From a virus (Duplodnaviria > Caudoviricetes), in the IMG/VR virus record IMGVR_UViG_3300010052_000222, positions 1 to 44,993 of that record: a stretch of DNA of 44,993 bases; one strand, 5' to 3'. The notes beneath the pieces are model-generated. The model was given only the letters and a program-made list of their open reading frames with translations, ran no database searches and was not told where the DNA came from. This document shows positions 18,234 to 27,104 of this stretch, piece after piece. Position 1 is the stretch's first letter; each line of letters begins with the position of its first letter. The position numbers and the translations under genes were made by a program.

Positions 18234-19933
18234 TGCGCCATCATCCCATCAAGCAACCCAGACTGCTTGGCAGCAATCGCAGCAGGCACCGCATCCTTGG
18301 CTATCTGTCCAGCCTGAGACATGGCAGCAAGGCCCTGCTGAGCCTGTGCGGCCTTTGCCCTAGCGTCGCGGAGCGCCTCGACCTCCTCACGGCGACGAAG
18401 CACACGCTGCGGAGCGCGGCTCGCTTCCTTCTTGATCCGGAGGTATTCGTCACCGTCGATGTTATCCATGATCGACGGGTCTTGGCTGGCCTGTGCGAAC
18501 TGAGCCGCGGCCATGACCACCATGTCGGTGTCACGAGATTCCGCAGCCCGGCGCAGAACATCCAGCGGACCAGTGAAGGTTGGCCGGATTGCCTTGCCTG
18601 CCAATGTCTGCGGCGGCAGATAACGGCTGTCCTCTGCATACAGGCCCTTGGCTTCGAGGATATCGAGCTCCCGGTCCAGGTTGGTTGCAAAGCCAGACTG
18701 GATGATCGAACCGGATGGCCCGAGCAATGCGCCCTTCTCTTCCTGACGAATAAGCGCTTCAGTCGCGGTCATGTCCGGGTTCTGCACCAGCGTCTGGAAC
18801 AGGTTGACGAACAGCATGTCGCGGATTTCTTCCGCGCGCTGCCCTGCGTATTCAAACGCATAGGTCGGGTTCTGGCCGGTGTTGATCGCGGCGATGAGCG
18901 GGCGGCCATTGTCATCCATGAGACCGGGATAATTCTGACCCGGGTTCAGGATCGGCACGAAATCGAGCTGAGCCTTGGATGCGGTTGCCGGGTCGGTGAT
19001 CTGCTGCAAGGCACGCAGTCCTGTCCGGCGCACCGCGTTGATCTCGCGAACCGTGGTCAGCGCCTCGATCGTCGGCGAAATGCCGTAGGTGTCACCCTCA
19101 TAACGCCGCCAGTTGAATGTCGAGACCGGAAAAGACCGGAACCCGGCCTCGTTGACGATATGCTCCTCTTCCTCGATCACATGATACGAGGCGAAAGCCA
19201 TGTCGAGATAATCGAGTTCGCCCTGCTTGCGATACATCTTGCGCTCATTGCGCGGCTTGATGCACTGCACCAGCGTGATCTTCTCCTCGCATTTCTGCGG
19301 GTCATCCACCAGCCTACGGATCTTCGGCGGGAGGCTTTCATACCCAAAGCGCTGTGCCGCCTGACGAGCGCTGCGCTCATACTTGCGGTGGAACGTGTCC
19401 ACCATGCCCCAGCGATTGCGCTTGATGTAGGCTTCAACGACCGGAATGGACGCATACCGGATCATCGCACCGGTAAAGCCCTCCTCCGCATAGAGGTAGG
19501 CCGGGCCGTATCGCACCACATTCCGAAGCACAGCCTGCGTTGCCGGGACGAAATTCGAGTTGGCCGAATAGCGCAGCAGAAACAACAGATCACGCAGACC
19601 TTCAGCCCATTCCTTTTCCTCGTCGGTTTCCTCGTCGTCCATGGCAGCAGTGGACAGGCCGTGCCATTTTTCCGACTGTGGAATGATCAGGCTTTCGAGA
19701 CCGGCCGCGAGACGGTTGGCTGCCAGATTGATCGTGTTGTCATAGACGCGCGAGCCGCGCTTTTCCTGCTGGCTGGCCTGCGACGTCTTCTGCTTTGAAC
19801 CCCGGCTCCACACATCCGGCGCGTCGGGGTCGCAAAACTCTGCGACCTGTTCCCATACGGGTTCATAGTCCGAGCGTTCATGCTCCATGTCATCCTGGCA
19901 GCCGAGAATGTCGCGGGCGCGGGAATCGCTCAT
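18230..19933 (-). CDS. Portal (head-tail connector) protein, T7/BPP-1 type
   Basis: 567 aa; YDNT..LAANRLAAGL, YGISP and MTATEALIRQEEK motifs. Confidence 0.93.
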   Translation of the reverse strand: MSDSRARDILGCQDDMEHERSDYEPVWEQVAEFCDPDAPDVWSRGSKQKTSQASQQEKRGSRVYDNTINLAANRLAAGLESLIIPQSEKWHGLSTAAMDDEETDEEKEWAEGLRDLLFLLRYSANSNFVPATQAVLRNVVRYGPAYLYAEEGFTGAMIRYASIPVVEAYIKRNRWGMVDTFHRKYERSARQAAQRFGYESLPPKIRRLVDDPQKCEEKITLVQCIKPRNERKMYRKQGELDYLDMAFASYHVIEEEEHIVNEAGFRSFPVSTFNWRRYEGDTYGISPTIEALTTVREINAVRRTGLRALQQITDPATASKAQLDFVPILNPGQNYPGLMDDNGRPLIAAINTGQNPTYAFEYAGQRAEEIRDMLFVNLFQTLVQNPDMTATEALIRQEEKGALLGPSGSIIQSGFATNLDRELDILEAKGLYAEDSRYLPPQTLAGKAIRPTFTGPLDVLRRAAESRDTDMVVMAAAQFAQASQDPSIMDNIDGDEYLRIKKEASRAPQRVLRRREEVEALRDARAKAAQAQQGLAAMSQAGQIAKDAVPAAIAAKQSGLLDGMMAQ

Positions 19934-20421
19934 GTGACGGCGAAGCCCATGACGTAGATGTCACAAGTGGCGGCAGCGCCCTGCGGCGTCGTCAGCGACA
20001 GGATCGGGTCGGCAGTGATCCTGCCACGTCCAAGCGGGGTAGCAGGCGTCAACACAAGCCCCGCACCGGTCGCGTTCAACCCTGACCACGCCTGCGACGC
20101 AGCAACCATTGTGATGCCAGATTTGCTCGCACCCGTATAGATGCCACCAACGGCGGTCGTGAGCGAAATGCTCGGGTTGACCGCATAGTAGTTCAGCAGG
20201 CACCAAGCTGTGTGATTGTGCAGCTTCGCGAATGCCTGGTCAGCAGTCGAGTTCATGTTGGCGCCGACGATGCGGTAAAGCACCTCGATCGGGCTGGAAA
20301 TGCCGATGTTCTCCCGAGCCTGCGCCTGCTGTGCAGTGGTCAACACCTGATCAGTCAGGAAGCTGAGCCCGCCCCTGATCGCGCGATGCCAATAGCCGGT
20401 CGGTCGTGTTGCCATCGTCAA
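19930..20421 (-). CDS. Putative virion fibre/decoration protein
   Basis: QVLTTAQQAQARENIG fibre-segment-like motif followed by a beta-rich domain. Confidence 0.6.
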   Translation of the reverse strand: MTMATRPTGYWHRAIRGGLSFLTDQVLTTAQQAQARENIGISSPIEVLYRIVGANMNSTADQAFAKLHNHTAWCLLNYYAVNPSISLTTAVGGIYTGASKSGITMVAASQAWSGLNATGAGLVLTPATPLGRGRITADPILSLTTPQGAAATCDIYVMGFAVT

Positions 20422-20606
20422 ACCCCCAGCAGAACGCGCTTGCCGCCACCCAGACCCTTCGGGTCAAGGTCGGTCTTCACTGTGTTGGCAGTGCCGCCCT
20501 GTGCTGCGAGACGTGCAGCTTCCAGTTCCTGCCTGCGGACAACAGCCGGGTCATCGGCTGCCGGCGGGCGGGGAAGCGGATTGAGTTTTGGGGGCGAGAA
20601 GCACAT
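20418..20606 (-). CDS. Small virion-associated protein
   Basis: MCFSPPK...GKRVLLGV pattern typical of small genes upstream of T7-like portals. Confidence 0.7.
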   Translation of the reverse strand: MCFSPPKLNPLPRPPAADDPAVVRRQELEAARLAAQGGTANTVKTDLDPKGLGGGKRVLLGV

Positions 20607-21075
20607 CGTTCCAACTCTCTCTTGTCCAGTCGAACAGCAGGAAGGGCTCGCCGTTCTTGCCGTATCCCGGGAGTTCGCAGCGCTGTTGAGCGCCAAGCCG
20701 TGTCAGCCAGCGGACGGCCAGATCATTGCCGGCCATAGCTCGAGCCTCAACGCGCCATGCACCTTGCGCAGCCACGTCAGGTCCAAGAACCTCGTAGAAG
20801 AACCGTGTGATCGCAGGGACACAGCGATGCATTCGATTGCCGCCCCAGCTCCAGGCTATCCAGAGCCCCGTCCGTTGTTCTGTGGCGCCAAAAGCGGCTT
20901 CCGGGTTGCCATCCAGCGTCACCACGTAGGCCATGCCCTGTAGGGCAGCGAGAGCAAGTTGAGCAGGCTTCCATGCCTCGCACTGGCAATCGATCTCGGC
21001 TTTGTCATCGGGACGGAGATTGGCGGCGATGTAGCTCAGGTCGCGAAGCGTGCCGCCAATGACGCGGGGTTTCAC
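20551..21075 (-). CDS. GNAT-fold phage protein (T7 gp13/DUF2833-like)
   Basis: IAANLRPDDKAEI and AVRWLTRLGA...GYGKNGEPF motifs; GTGA-coupled start. Confidence 0.75.
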   Translation of the reverse strand: MKPRVIGGTLRDLSYIAANLRPDDKAEIDCQCEAWKPAQLALAALQGMAYVVTLDGNPEAAFGATEQRTGLWIAWSWGGNRMHRCVPAITRFFYEVLGPDVAAQGAWRVEARAMAGNDLAVRWLTRLGAQQRCELPGYGKNGEPFLLFDWTRESWNDVLLAPKTQSASPPAGSR

Positions 21076-21302
21076 GCAGCCCCAGCCAGAGCAATCACTG
21101 TTGCTGCGACGACCCAATCGCGAGACATGTCATGCCCATCATCACTTGTTGACCTGGGCGAGGAAGCCTGGGGTTTGGTCAACGGAACCGGGCTGACAAA
21201 AACCGGACGCGCTGTCGCCTCGTATCTTCGTCCCATGCGAACAACATAAGCCCCCTCTTCGGTGGCCGGTTCGAGAATTGGAATCTCGCCATCTTGTGTC
21301 AT
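21072..21302 (-). CDS. Hypothetical protein
   Basis: 76 aa with overlaps at both ends. Confidence 0.6.
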   Translation of the reverse strand: MTQDGEIPILEPATEEGAYVVRMGRRYEATARPVFVSPVPLTKPQASSPRSTSDDGHDMSRDWVVAATVIALAGAA

Positions 21303-22783
21303 CGATAATCCCCGAGCGGATCACTTGGCTTGTTCGCGCTCTGAACCCGCTTGAACTCGGCTGGGTTGACCAGCGAATGGCGCAGCGCCATGACCGCGTA
21401 TCGCGTGGCGGACATCACGTCGTCCTTCAACTTCACGACCACGCCATCCTTGCGGTGATAGATCCGGAACTCTTCGAACCAGTCTACCAGCGTGTCGAAC
21501 ACCTTGAACCGCCCTGTCTGCATGCGGTCCAGCATCATCATGAGGCCAGCCTCAACAGACACAGACCCATCAGGGAACTGCGCATGCGTGCCGAGCATGT
21601 TGAGGCCGTGTTCCTTGTATTGCTTGGCAAGAGAGACGCCGGCACCCTCCAGGGTTTCTCTGCGTCCATCACGCGGCCAAGCCCATGGCAGCCACGCGCC
21701 CCAAGGCTTCAGGCTGATCGCCTGCATGGCCGGCGTCTGCTGGCTCGCCCGATGGCATTTGGTGACGTAAATGATATCGGCCTCTGTATCGTAGGCCAGC
21801 TCGATCGCAGCAGACGGATGGTCCCAACCGAAGTCCAGACCGCCAATGCGAGGCCAGAAGGCCGGGAGACGGAATGGCGCGACCTTGATTTCTTGTTCGG
21901 AGATCGGGAAGATGCGACCAGAGCCGAGCGTCGGGATACCTTTAGCCCGAGCTTCGCGCTCATGCGCAGGGTAGCTGGCGACAATCTTGGCCCGCTCTTC
22001 CTCTGTGTAGTGCTCTGCGTCGTCAATCGTCATCGATGTGACGTGTCGGTATTTCGCCCCAGGATCGTCCGACTTCGGCATCAGGAACCGCGTCACCACT
22101 CCAGACATACCCAGCAGAGGCGTGAACGTCTGTTGCGCAAACTGCCCACGCTGCCCGTTGTTCGTGCGCGTCAAGCCCTCTGTGTAGATTTCCTCTGGCG
22201 GTTCCTCATCGAACCAAACGCCATCGACAGTTGGCCCCTGCCACTTCTCGCGGCCTTTCTCATAGGCCTTGAGCGCTAGGACACTCTCGCCGGCTTGCAC
22301 ATCGCCGCCGCCTCCCCATCGCACCACAACGCTGTCCAGCAGGTTGGGAACGCCCATGGCTCGCGTGCGGCTGATCATGCAGGAGCCTGGAATAAAGCCG
22401 GTCCCCCATTCCTCTTCCTTTGCAGGAGGCCCAACCAGGATTCGTTGAGGATTGTCCCTTGTGCTTTCACCGGTGATCGAACCAGCCCACAACAGCGGTG
22501 GCTTGTCGAATGTCGCACCGTCCCACCAGTCCGGGTATCGTCCAGTCAGATGCATCGCCCATTCAGCACCGCCAGCAACGGTCTTGCCGAGCTGGTTGCC
22601 AGCCATGAACAGCCGTTCGCTGAACGTCGCTCCGGCCTTGTGGAACTCTCGCTGCTTGGAATACGGCGCGTAGAACTTCAGGCGGTTAGTGAGATGTCTG
22701 CGCTTCCTCTCCGCTTCCATCTGGCTCAGCAAGGCCGATAGCTTCTCGGAGGGTAGAGATTGCAGCGTCGAGAGACTCGTCAT
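21299..22783 (-). CDS. terL: Terminase large subunit (P22-like)
   Basis: Walker A AGNQLGKT, Walker B VWFDEE, nuclease motifs GLDFGWDHP and DDVMSATRYA. Confidence 0.95.
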   Translation of the reverse strand: MTSLSTLQSLPSEKLSALLSQMEAERKRRHLTNRLKFYAPYSKQREFHKAGATFSERLFMAGNQLGKTVAGGAEWAMHLTGRYPDWWDGATFDKPPLLWAGSITGESTRDNPQRILVGPPAKEEEWGTGFIPGSCMISRTRAMGVPNLLDSVVVRWGGGGDVQAGESVLALKAYEKGREKWQGPTVDGVWFDEEPPEEIYTEGLTRTNNGQRGQFAQQTFTPLLGMSGVVTRFLMPKSDDPGAKYRHVTSMTIDDAEHYTEEERAKIVASYPAHEREARAKGIPTLGSGRIFPISEQEIKVAPFRLPAFWPRIGGLDFGWDHPSAAIELAYDTEADIIYVTKCHRASQQTPAMQAISLKPWGAWLPWAWPRDGRRETLEGAGVSLAKQYKEHGLNMLGTHAQFPDGSVSVEAGLMMMLDRMQTGRFKVFDTLVDWFEEFRIYHRKDGVVVKLKDDVMSATRYAVMALRHSLVNPAEFKRVQSANKPSDPLGDYR

Positions 22784-23021
22784 CGAAATCCTCGATCTTG
22801 TTCGTCAGGTCCGCCGTCATCGTCAGCGGCTTGCCGTATCCTCGGTCCAGAACCATGTTCGCTGCGGTGAGGCGGACCTTCGCGTCTTCATCGTCAAGCG
22901 CAGCAACAAGCACGTCGAGCGCACGCGGGCCGTGTTCACGAGCCTTTGCCGCGATGCCTTTCGGGCGTCCTCCAGGATTTCCGGAGACGCCCTTCTGAAA
23001 CTTTCGTGCATTGGGGATCAT
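22686..23021 (-). CDS. Putative terminase small subunit (DUF5681-like)
   Basis: FQKGVSGNPGGRPKG and VLDRGYGKP motifs; directly upstream of terL. Confidence 0.75.
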   Translation of the reverse strand: MIPNARKFQKGVSGNPGGRPKGIAAKAREHGPRALDVLVAALDDEDAKVRLTAANMVLDRGYGKPLTMTADLTNKIEDFDDESLDAAISTLREAIGLAEPDGSGEEAQTSH

Positions 23022-23041
23022 GTTCTGCTGTCCGTCTGTTT

Positions 23042-23221
23042 TCAGACCGCAAGCGCGGCTTCGAGTTCCGCAATCCATGCCTGCGTATTGGATAGATCCA
23101 GCTCGCTGCTCTCCAGAGACGCGCGAGCCTTGTCTACCTGGCGCTCATTGGACTCGAGTGCAGCATGAGCTACGTCCAGCTCGCGCTGCAATACGTCTCG
23201 AATGGCTGTAGACAGCGCCAT
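23042..23221 (-). CDS. 59-aa coiled-coil protein missing from the ORF track
   Basis: MALSTAIRDVLQRELDVAHAALESNERQVDKARASLESSELDLSNTQAWIAELEAALAV fills the gap between its neighbours. Confidence 0.7.
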   Translation of the reverse strand: MALSTAIRDVLQRELDVAHAALESNERQVDKARASLESSELDLSNTQAWIAELEAALAV

Positions 23222-23223
23222 TG

Positions 23224-23490
23224 TCAGGCCGTCTTCTCGCGCTTGGCCGTCTTCTGCTCCGCGGCGGGCTCCGCGAGCTTGCCAGAGGTGCCGGCGCGGA
23301 AACCGTAGCCTGCGACTGTATCAACCGGGCCGCCTTTGATCATGCCGATCTTGACGCCATCCGCGACCTTGATGACGCGGGCATTGTCGCTGGAGCGAAC
23401 CTCAGGTGGGCTGCCTTCCATGACCGAGATCGCGGAGACCTCATCCTCGCCGGCCGCGTTGGTGACGAGTGTTGCGTATCGCTGTGCCAT
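23224..23490 (-). CDS. Hypothetical protein
   Basis: 88 aa; GAAGGGA RBS. Confidence 0.75.
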   Translation of the reverse strand: MAQRYATLVTNAAGEDEVSAISVMEGSPPEVRSSDNARVIKVADGVKIGMIKGGPVDTVAGYGFRAGTSGKLAEPAAEQKTAKREKTA

Positions 23491-23514
23491 TTTGATTTCC
23501 CTTCGAAGGTTGGA

Positions 23515-23661
23515 CTAGAGCTGGGGAAGCGAGACCAGGCCCTGGACCTCAAGCCATCGGTCGTTGATCCTCACCAATGCCTTGCCGTCTGGATGGACGG
23601 TCTGAGCATCAACGGTTCCGGATACGCCAGATGCTGAGTCGATAAGCTTCATGCCAAGCAT
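23515..23661 (-). CDS. Small hypothetical protein, first gene of the late operon
   Basis: MLGMKLIDSASGVSG...; GAGGG upstream. Confidence 0.55.
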   Translation of the reverse strand: MLGMKLIDSASGVSGTVDAQTVHPDGKALVRINDRWLEVQGLVSLPQL

Positions 23662-23856
23662 GGAGGGTTCCCTCGATAGGCATTGCCCGCCAGGCGCTGA
23701 CTCCGTGGCGATACTTGATCTGCTGTGAGCGTGAGTAGGCAGGCGAGCAATTGGCAACCTGCAATGTTTGCTTGCAGGTTCGATTGGGCGCAATCACTGC
23801 GCTGGATGATTGGGAGCTTGGTGGCGCAATGCGCCGTGTCTCATTTACATGGCTAG

Positions 23857-23878
23857 ATGATTTGCAAATGATTTGCAA
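23857..23878. repeat. Perfect tandem 11-bp repeat ATGATTTGCAA x2 in the late-promoter region
   Basis: Seen directly; AT-rich island just after the stop of the putative late regulator. Confidence 0.85.
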
Positions 23879-23884
23879 GAGCGA

Positions 23885-24517
23885 TTATGCCGCTGACTGC
23901 AATCTCCACAGAACGCTGAGCGCATTGAGCGCCATCCGCAGATCCCCACGCAATTCTTCAATTGCCCTATTCTCCAGAACAATGGCTTCGACTGCCATCA
24001 TTCCAAGCGGGCACGACTCGAGAATCCGCTCTCGCGCGCGCCTGAACTCGGTCTCAATATGAGCACGCCTCTTGGCGTTGGCTTCTGAGAATGGATCAGA
24101 GCCATCATACCCGCCAGGTCCGTCATAGTCGCTCGCCGACCGTCCATTGCCACCAAACGACGCCATGTATTGCCTGTGAAGCTCCGCGAACTTTTCTGCT
24201 GTGTCGAAATGCGTCCTATTGAACTCGAACTCATATTCCCTCCCCGGGAATCTCTCATGAAACTTGTTGGTCGCGTCCAGCCAGCGATGGATGACCGAAC
24301 CCCACTCCTGCTTCCGGGCTTCTTCCGGCGCAATTGTCTCGTCGGTGACAACCCTACCTAGGGCGTCCATCCTCTGCCTCCGCTTCCATGTTGCTGCTTC
24401 AACAGCGAGACGGGTTGCCAAGTCCTTCGCCTCATTTGATTGTGAAGCCTGCCCTGATGGCGCGCGAAGGATGTTCGGGTTGCGCGGACGACCGCGCTTT
24501 TTGGCGAGAGCCTTCAT
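23885..24517 (-). CDS. Putative late-gene transcription regulator (Q position)
   Basis: N-terminal AT-hook-like KRGRPR, C-terminal LRMALNAL helix, AAGGAG RBS; last early gene before the packaging operon. Confidence 0.65.
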   Translation of the reverse strand: MKALAKKRGRPRNPNILRAPSGQASQSNEAKDLATRLAVEAATWKRRQRMDALGRVVTDETIAPEEARKQEWGSVIHRWLDATNKFHERFPGREYEFEFNRTHFDTAEKFAELHRQYMASFGGNGRSASDYDGPGGYDGSDPFSEANAKRRAHIETEFRRARERILESCPLGMMAVEAIVLENRAIEELRGDLRMALNALSVLWRLQSAA

Positions 24518-24540
24518 GTCGTCTCCTTATCGGGCCGGCT

Positions 24541-24711
24541 TCATCGTTTGCTGCCCGCGACCTTCTCAATTGTAGTGAACCGCCCGCCGCAGGACGTGCA
24601 TTCCTTACGCCTGCGGACGCCGCCAAACACAGGGCGGGTATCGCGGGTCCGCAGCATAGCCTTGCCGCAGGAGGGGCAATGCAGCCCGGCTGGCTTTGGG
24701 TGGGTGGTCAC
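24541..24711 (-). CDS. Stand-alone NrdR-type zinc-ribbon protein (56 aa), missing from the ORF track
   Basis: MTTHPKPAGLHCPSCGKAMLRTRDTRPVFGGVRRRKECTSCGGRFTTIEKVAGSKR; GTGA-coupled start. Confidence 0.85.
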   Translation of the reverse strand: MTTHPKPAGLHCPSCGKAMLRTRDTRPVFGGVRRRKECTSCGGRFTTIEKVAGSKR

Positions 24712-25043
24712 GCCATCAGCCTCCGGTCAAGCGCCGAGCGTCCAGGCAGTGGGTCGCCGAACAGCCTAGCCGTTTTGCTTCGCGTGTCGGGCGGGATTTC
24801 GGCGAGCCGAGCAGCGATGGTGGCCTTTGGAATGTAGTCGGCAGTGAGGCCCGCCGCGACCATGCCCAAGCCGCGTGACGGTCGCTTGGCTCTCTTCTGA
24901 AGCCGGCGCTTTTCTCTATAGGCCGCGTCAACTTCGCATCGAATACGGAAGACTGACAGGCCGAAATGCGCTTCCAGCACCTCCCATGCCGCGCCCGCAT
25001 CCCGCATTTTACGCGCTTCATTCAACTGGTCATCTGTGAGCAT
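24708..25043 (-). CDS. HTH-containing hypothetical protein
   Basis: N-terminal HTH-like segment; C-terminal DTRSKTARLFGDPLPGRSAL. Confidence 0.7.
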   Translation of the reverse strand: MLTDDQLNEARKMRDAGAAWEVLEAHFGLSVFRIRCEVDAAYREKRRLQKRAKRPSRGLGMVAAGLTADYIPKATIAARLAEIPPDTRSKTARLFGDPLPGRSALDRRLMA

Positions 25044-25071
25044 GACGCTTACTCCGATGCTGCTTTGCGGA

Positions 25072-25371
25072 TCATGATTTCACGAGCTTCAATTGCGCCT
25101 GCTTCTTCTCGGTGATGATCCGAACAGACGCCATGAGGCGTGTTTCGATGCAGAGCTGAGCGCTTGAGGGGCAGAACTGCGGGTTCTCCGTCTTCGCTTC
25201 GCCCTGAATGAACCGCTTGATCGCCGCCTGCACGTCCTCGATCTCATAGGCTTTGATGGATTCCAGGTAGCCTCGCATCTGCATGTCGATGTCAGCGAGA
25301 GCGGATTGCGGGAAGCATGAGAACAGAGCTGCCAGAGATTTCGCCGCTCGTTCCAAATCCTGATTGTCCAT
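25072..25371 (-). CDS. Putative replication accessory/helicase-loader-like protein
   Basis: Follows the initiator; AIKRFIQG...FCPSSAQL pattern; GAGGA RBS. Confidence 0.6.
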   Translation of the reverse strand: MDNQDLERAAKSLAALFSCFPQSALADIDMQMRGYLESIKAYEIEDVQAAIKRFIQGEAKTENPQFCPSSAQLCIETRLMASVRIITEKKQAQLKLVKS

Positions 25372-25885
25372 TTCTCATTTCCTCGATGATCGAATTGGCT
25401 GCGTCTGTTGCTGTCTTTGGGGAAACCCAGCCCCCTGATCTTTTCCGCGCGGGCGCGCGCTCGGAAAGAACGTTAGTTCTTTCTTGAATGGGTATGGATG
25501 GATGGCATCCTTCAAGCATCGTTTTGGCATCACCATTTTTTGAACCATTCCAACGGCTTGCGGCGGCATCGACAGATTTCTGCTTCCTATCGACCGCCAA
25601 TCGCCTCTCTTTCTTGAGCCTTTTTTGCACCCATGATTTGCTACGCCCGTCGAACGTCCAGAACGCCATGATGATGAGCTTGATCTTCCGCCAGCGCGCC
25701 ATAGAGACGCCAGACAGGCGGGCCAGCATCTCGTCATCGTCCGGCAGGGAATTGGTCGGAACCTCCCATGCTGCCATTAGCAGAAGCAGGTATGCGCCAT
25801 GCTCTTCGGTCGTGAGGTGCATGGTGTCGCGGCGGTAGTCGTCCACCCAGAACGGCATGTAAGGCAGGCGGCGTTTCTTGCTCAT
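25292..25885 (-). CDS. DUF1376/YdaU-family replication initiator-like protein
   Basis: PYMPFWVDDYRRDTMHLTTEEHGAYLLLLMAAW signature. Confidence 0.88.
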   Translation of the reverse strand: MSKKRRLPYMPFWVDDYRRDTMHLTTEEHGAYLLLLMAAWEVPTNSLPDDDEMLARLSGVSMARWRKIKLIIMAFWTFDGRSKSWVQKRLKKERRLAVDRKQKSVDAAASRWNGSKNGDAKTMLEGCHPSIPIQERTNVLSERAPARKRSGGWVSPKTATDAANSIIEEMRNGQSGFGTSGEISGSSVLMLPAIRSR

Positions 25886-26586
25886 GCCGCCCTCCTCATC
25901 CTGCGAAGCACGGACGGGCGGACGAAGGGTGTCTTCCTATGCCGCACTGGGGCTGGCAGCCGGCTCTCCAGATCCGACAAGAGACCCACGAAGGCATCAA
26001 CCTCACCACGCAGGCGAAGCACTTCGTCGCCGCTGTAGAGCGCCGCAACCTCCTGCTCTAGCGCATTGAATGCCGCGATGTATTTGACCTTCCATTCCGT
26101 CGCGACGCGGCCGGTGAAGCCCATGACAACCAGCGTGAAGCCGTCCCGCGTCATGGAGTAGGCTCGGTATGTCCGGCCCTTTCCGTCCAGATAATCAATC
26201 GGCGTAAAATTGCGCCGATCGAATTCAGCCCCGCATTCCTCACGAACTTTGTCGATCACGCGGAGCACGTCCTTGTGGGCTTTGGAGAAGTGTTCAGAGA
26301 TGTGATAGCTTGCGCATGACGCCACGCCGCCCGACAGGCTCACGAATGGGGCTGCCGGCAACGTCTCGGTATTGTCCACATACCCGAGCCGGACAAGTTC
26401 GCGCCGGATCAGCGCTCGCTCGTTCAGATGAGCGCGATGATCGCTCGGAGTGACCGCCACGACATGCAAATGCTCGTGGGCCTCACCGAAGTGGATATGC
26501 AAATGCTTGCCGCCGGTCGAAACCCTGTAGGGGACGTGGGCCTTGCTAAGTTCTTCTACCACTACGTCGAGACAGGGGTTTTTCAT
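25882..26586 (-). CDS. Rha-family regulator with N-terminal HicA-like domain
   Basis: Rha motifs ISEHFSKAHKDVLRVI, MTRDGFTLVVMGFTG and KYIAAFNALE; N-terminal GGKH...TPSDHRA; ATGA-coupled start. Confidence 0.85.
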   Translation of the reverse strand: MKNPCLDVVVEELSKAHVPYRVSTGGKHLHIHFGEAHEHLHVVAVTPSDHRAHLNERALIRRELVRLGYVDNTETLPAAPFVSLSGGVASCASYHISEHFSKAHKDVLRVIDKVREECGAEFDRRNFTPIDYLDGKGRTYRAYSMTRDGFTLVVMGFTGRVATEWKVKYIAAFNALEQEVAALYSGDEVLRLRGEVDAFVGLLSDLESRLPAPVRHRKTPFVRPSVLRRMRRAA

Positions 26587-26939
26587 GCTGCCTCGCTGAT
26601 TTCTATACGGACGAAACCTGGCTTGCGCGGCTCTTCCCGGCGAAACTCCAGGCTCCATCGGCTATCATCGACGTGAATGGCATCAGCGATCCCGTCGAAG
26701 GACGACTTGCACGACGCAATCATGTTGTCGGTGTCCATCGGGCGCTTGCTGGGAGGCACGAAGGTGATCATCGCCGAGAGCTTCTCAGATCCGCGCAAGG
26801 CCCGTCCGCCGGCCTCCAGAGCTCTGGCATGGGCGTAGGAGCGCGCCTTCTTCGTCGCAGCCGCTTTCTTGCCCCAATGACCGCGAGCATTCGGGCTGAG
26901 AGCAGCTGACGGCCATGGCAGAACGATTACGACGCTCAT
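26583..26939 (-). CDS. rusA: RusA-like Holliday junction resolvase
   Basis: LPWP..LSPN and DTDNMIASCK..DGIADA...DD catalytic pattern. Confidence 0.85.
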   Translation of the reverse strand: MSVVIVLPWPSAALSPNARGHWGKKAAATKKARSYAHARALEAGGRALRGSEKLSAMITFVPPSKRPMDTDNMIASCKSSFDGIADAIHVDDSRWSLEFRREEPRKPGFVRIEISEAA

Positions 26940-27104
26940 ACGCCCACCCGCCCTGTCAGCATGAACAGCAGACACGCCCCAGCAATGAGGATCGCCAGAA
27001 CCCCAATGAAGAACGCCACCCAATCGCCTGGGAGAACGGAAGGCCCCTGGAAAGGCTTCCTGTTCGTATTCCTCTGGAGGATCGGAATAGTCGCGGAGAT
27101 TCAT
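26936..27104 (-). pseudogene. Small membrane-protein gene with a +1 frame break
   Basis: ATGA-coupled start (MNLRDYSDPPEEYEQ) and ATGA-coupled stop (...WVAFFIGVLAILIAGACLLFMLTGRVGV*) lie in different frames; the span is 169 nt. Confidence 0.55.

Noticed and set aside
18482-19798. 438-aa plus-strand ORF
   Set aside because: Antisense shadow of the portal gene.
21278-22279. 333-aa plus-strand ORF
   Set aside because: Antisense shadow of terL.
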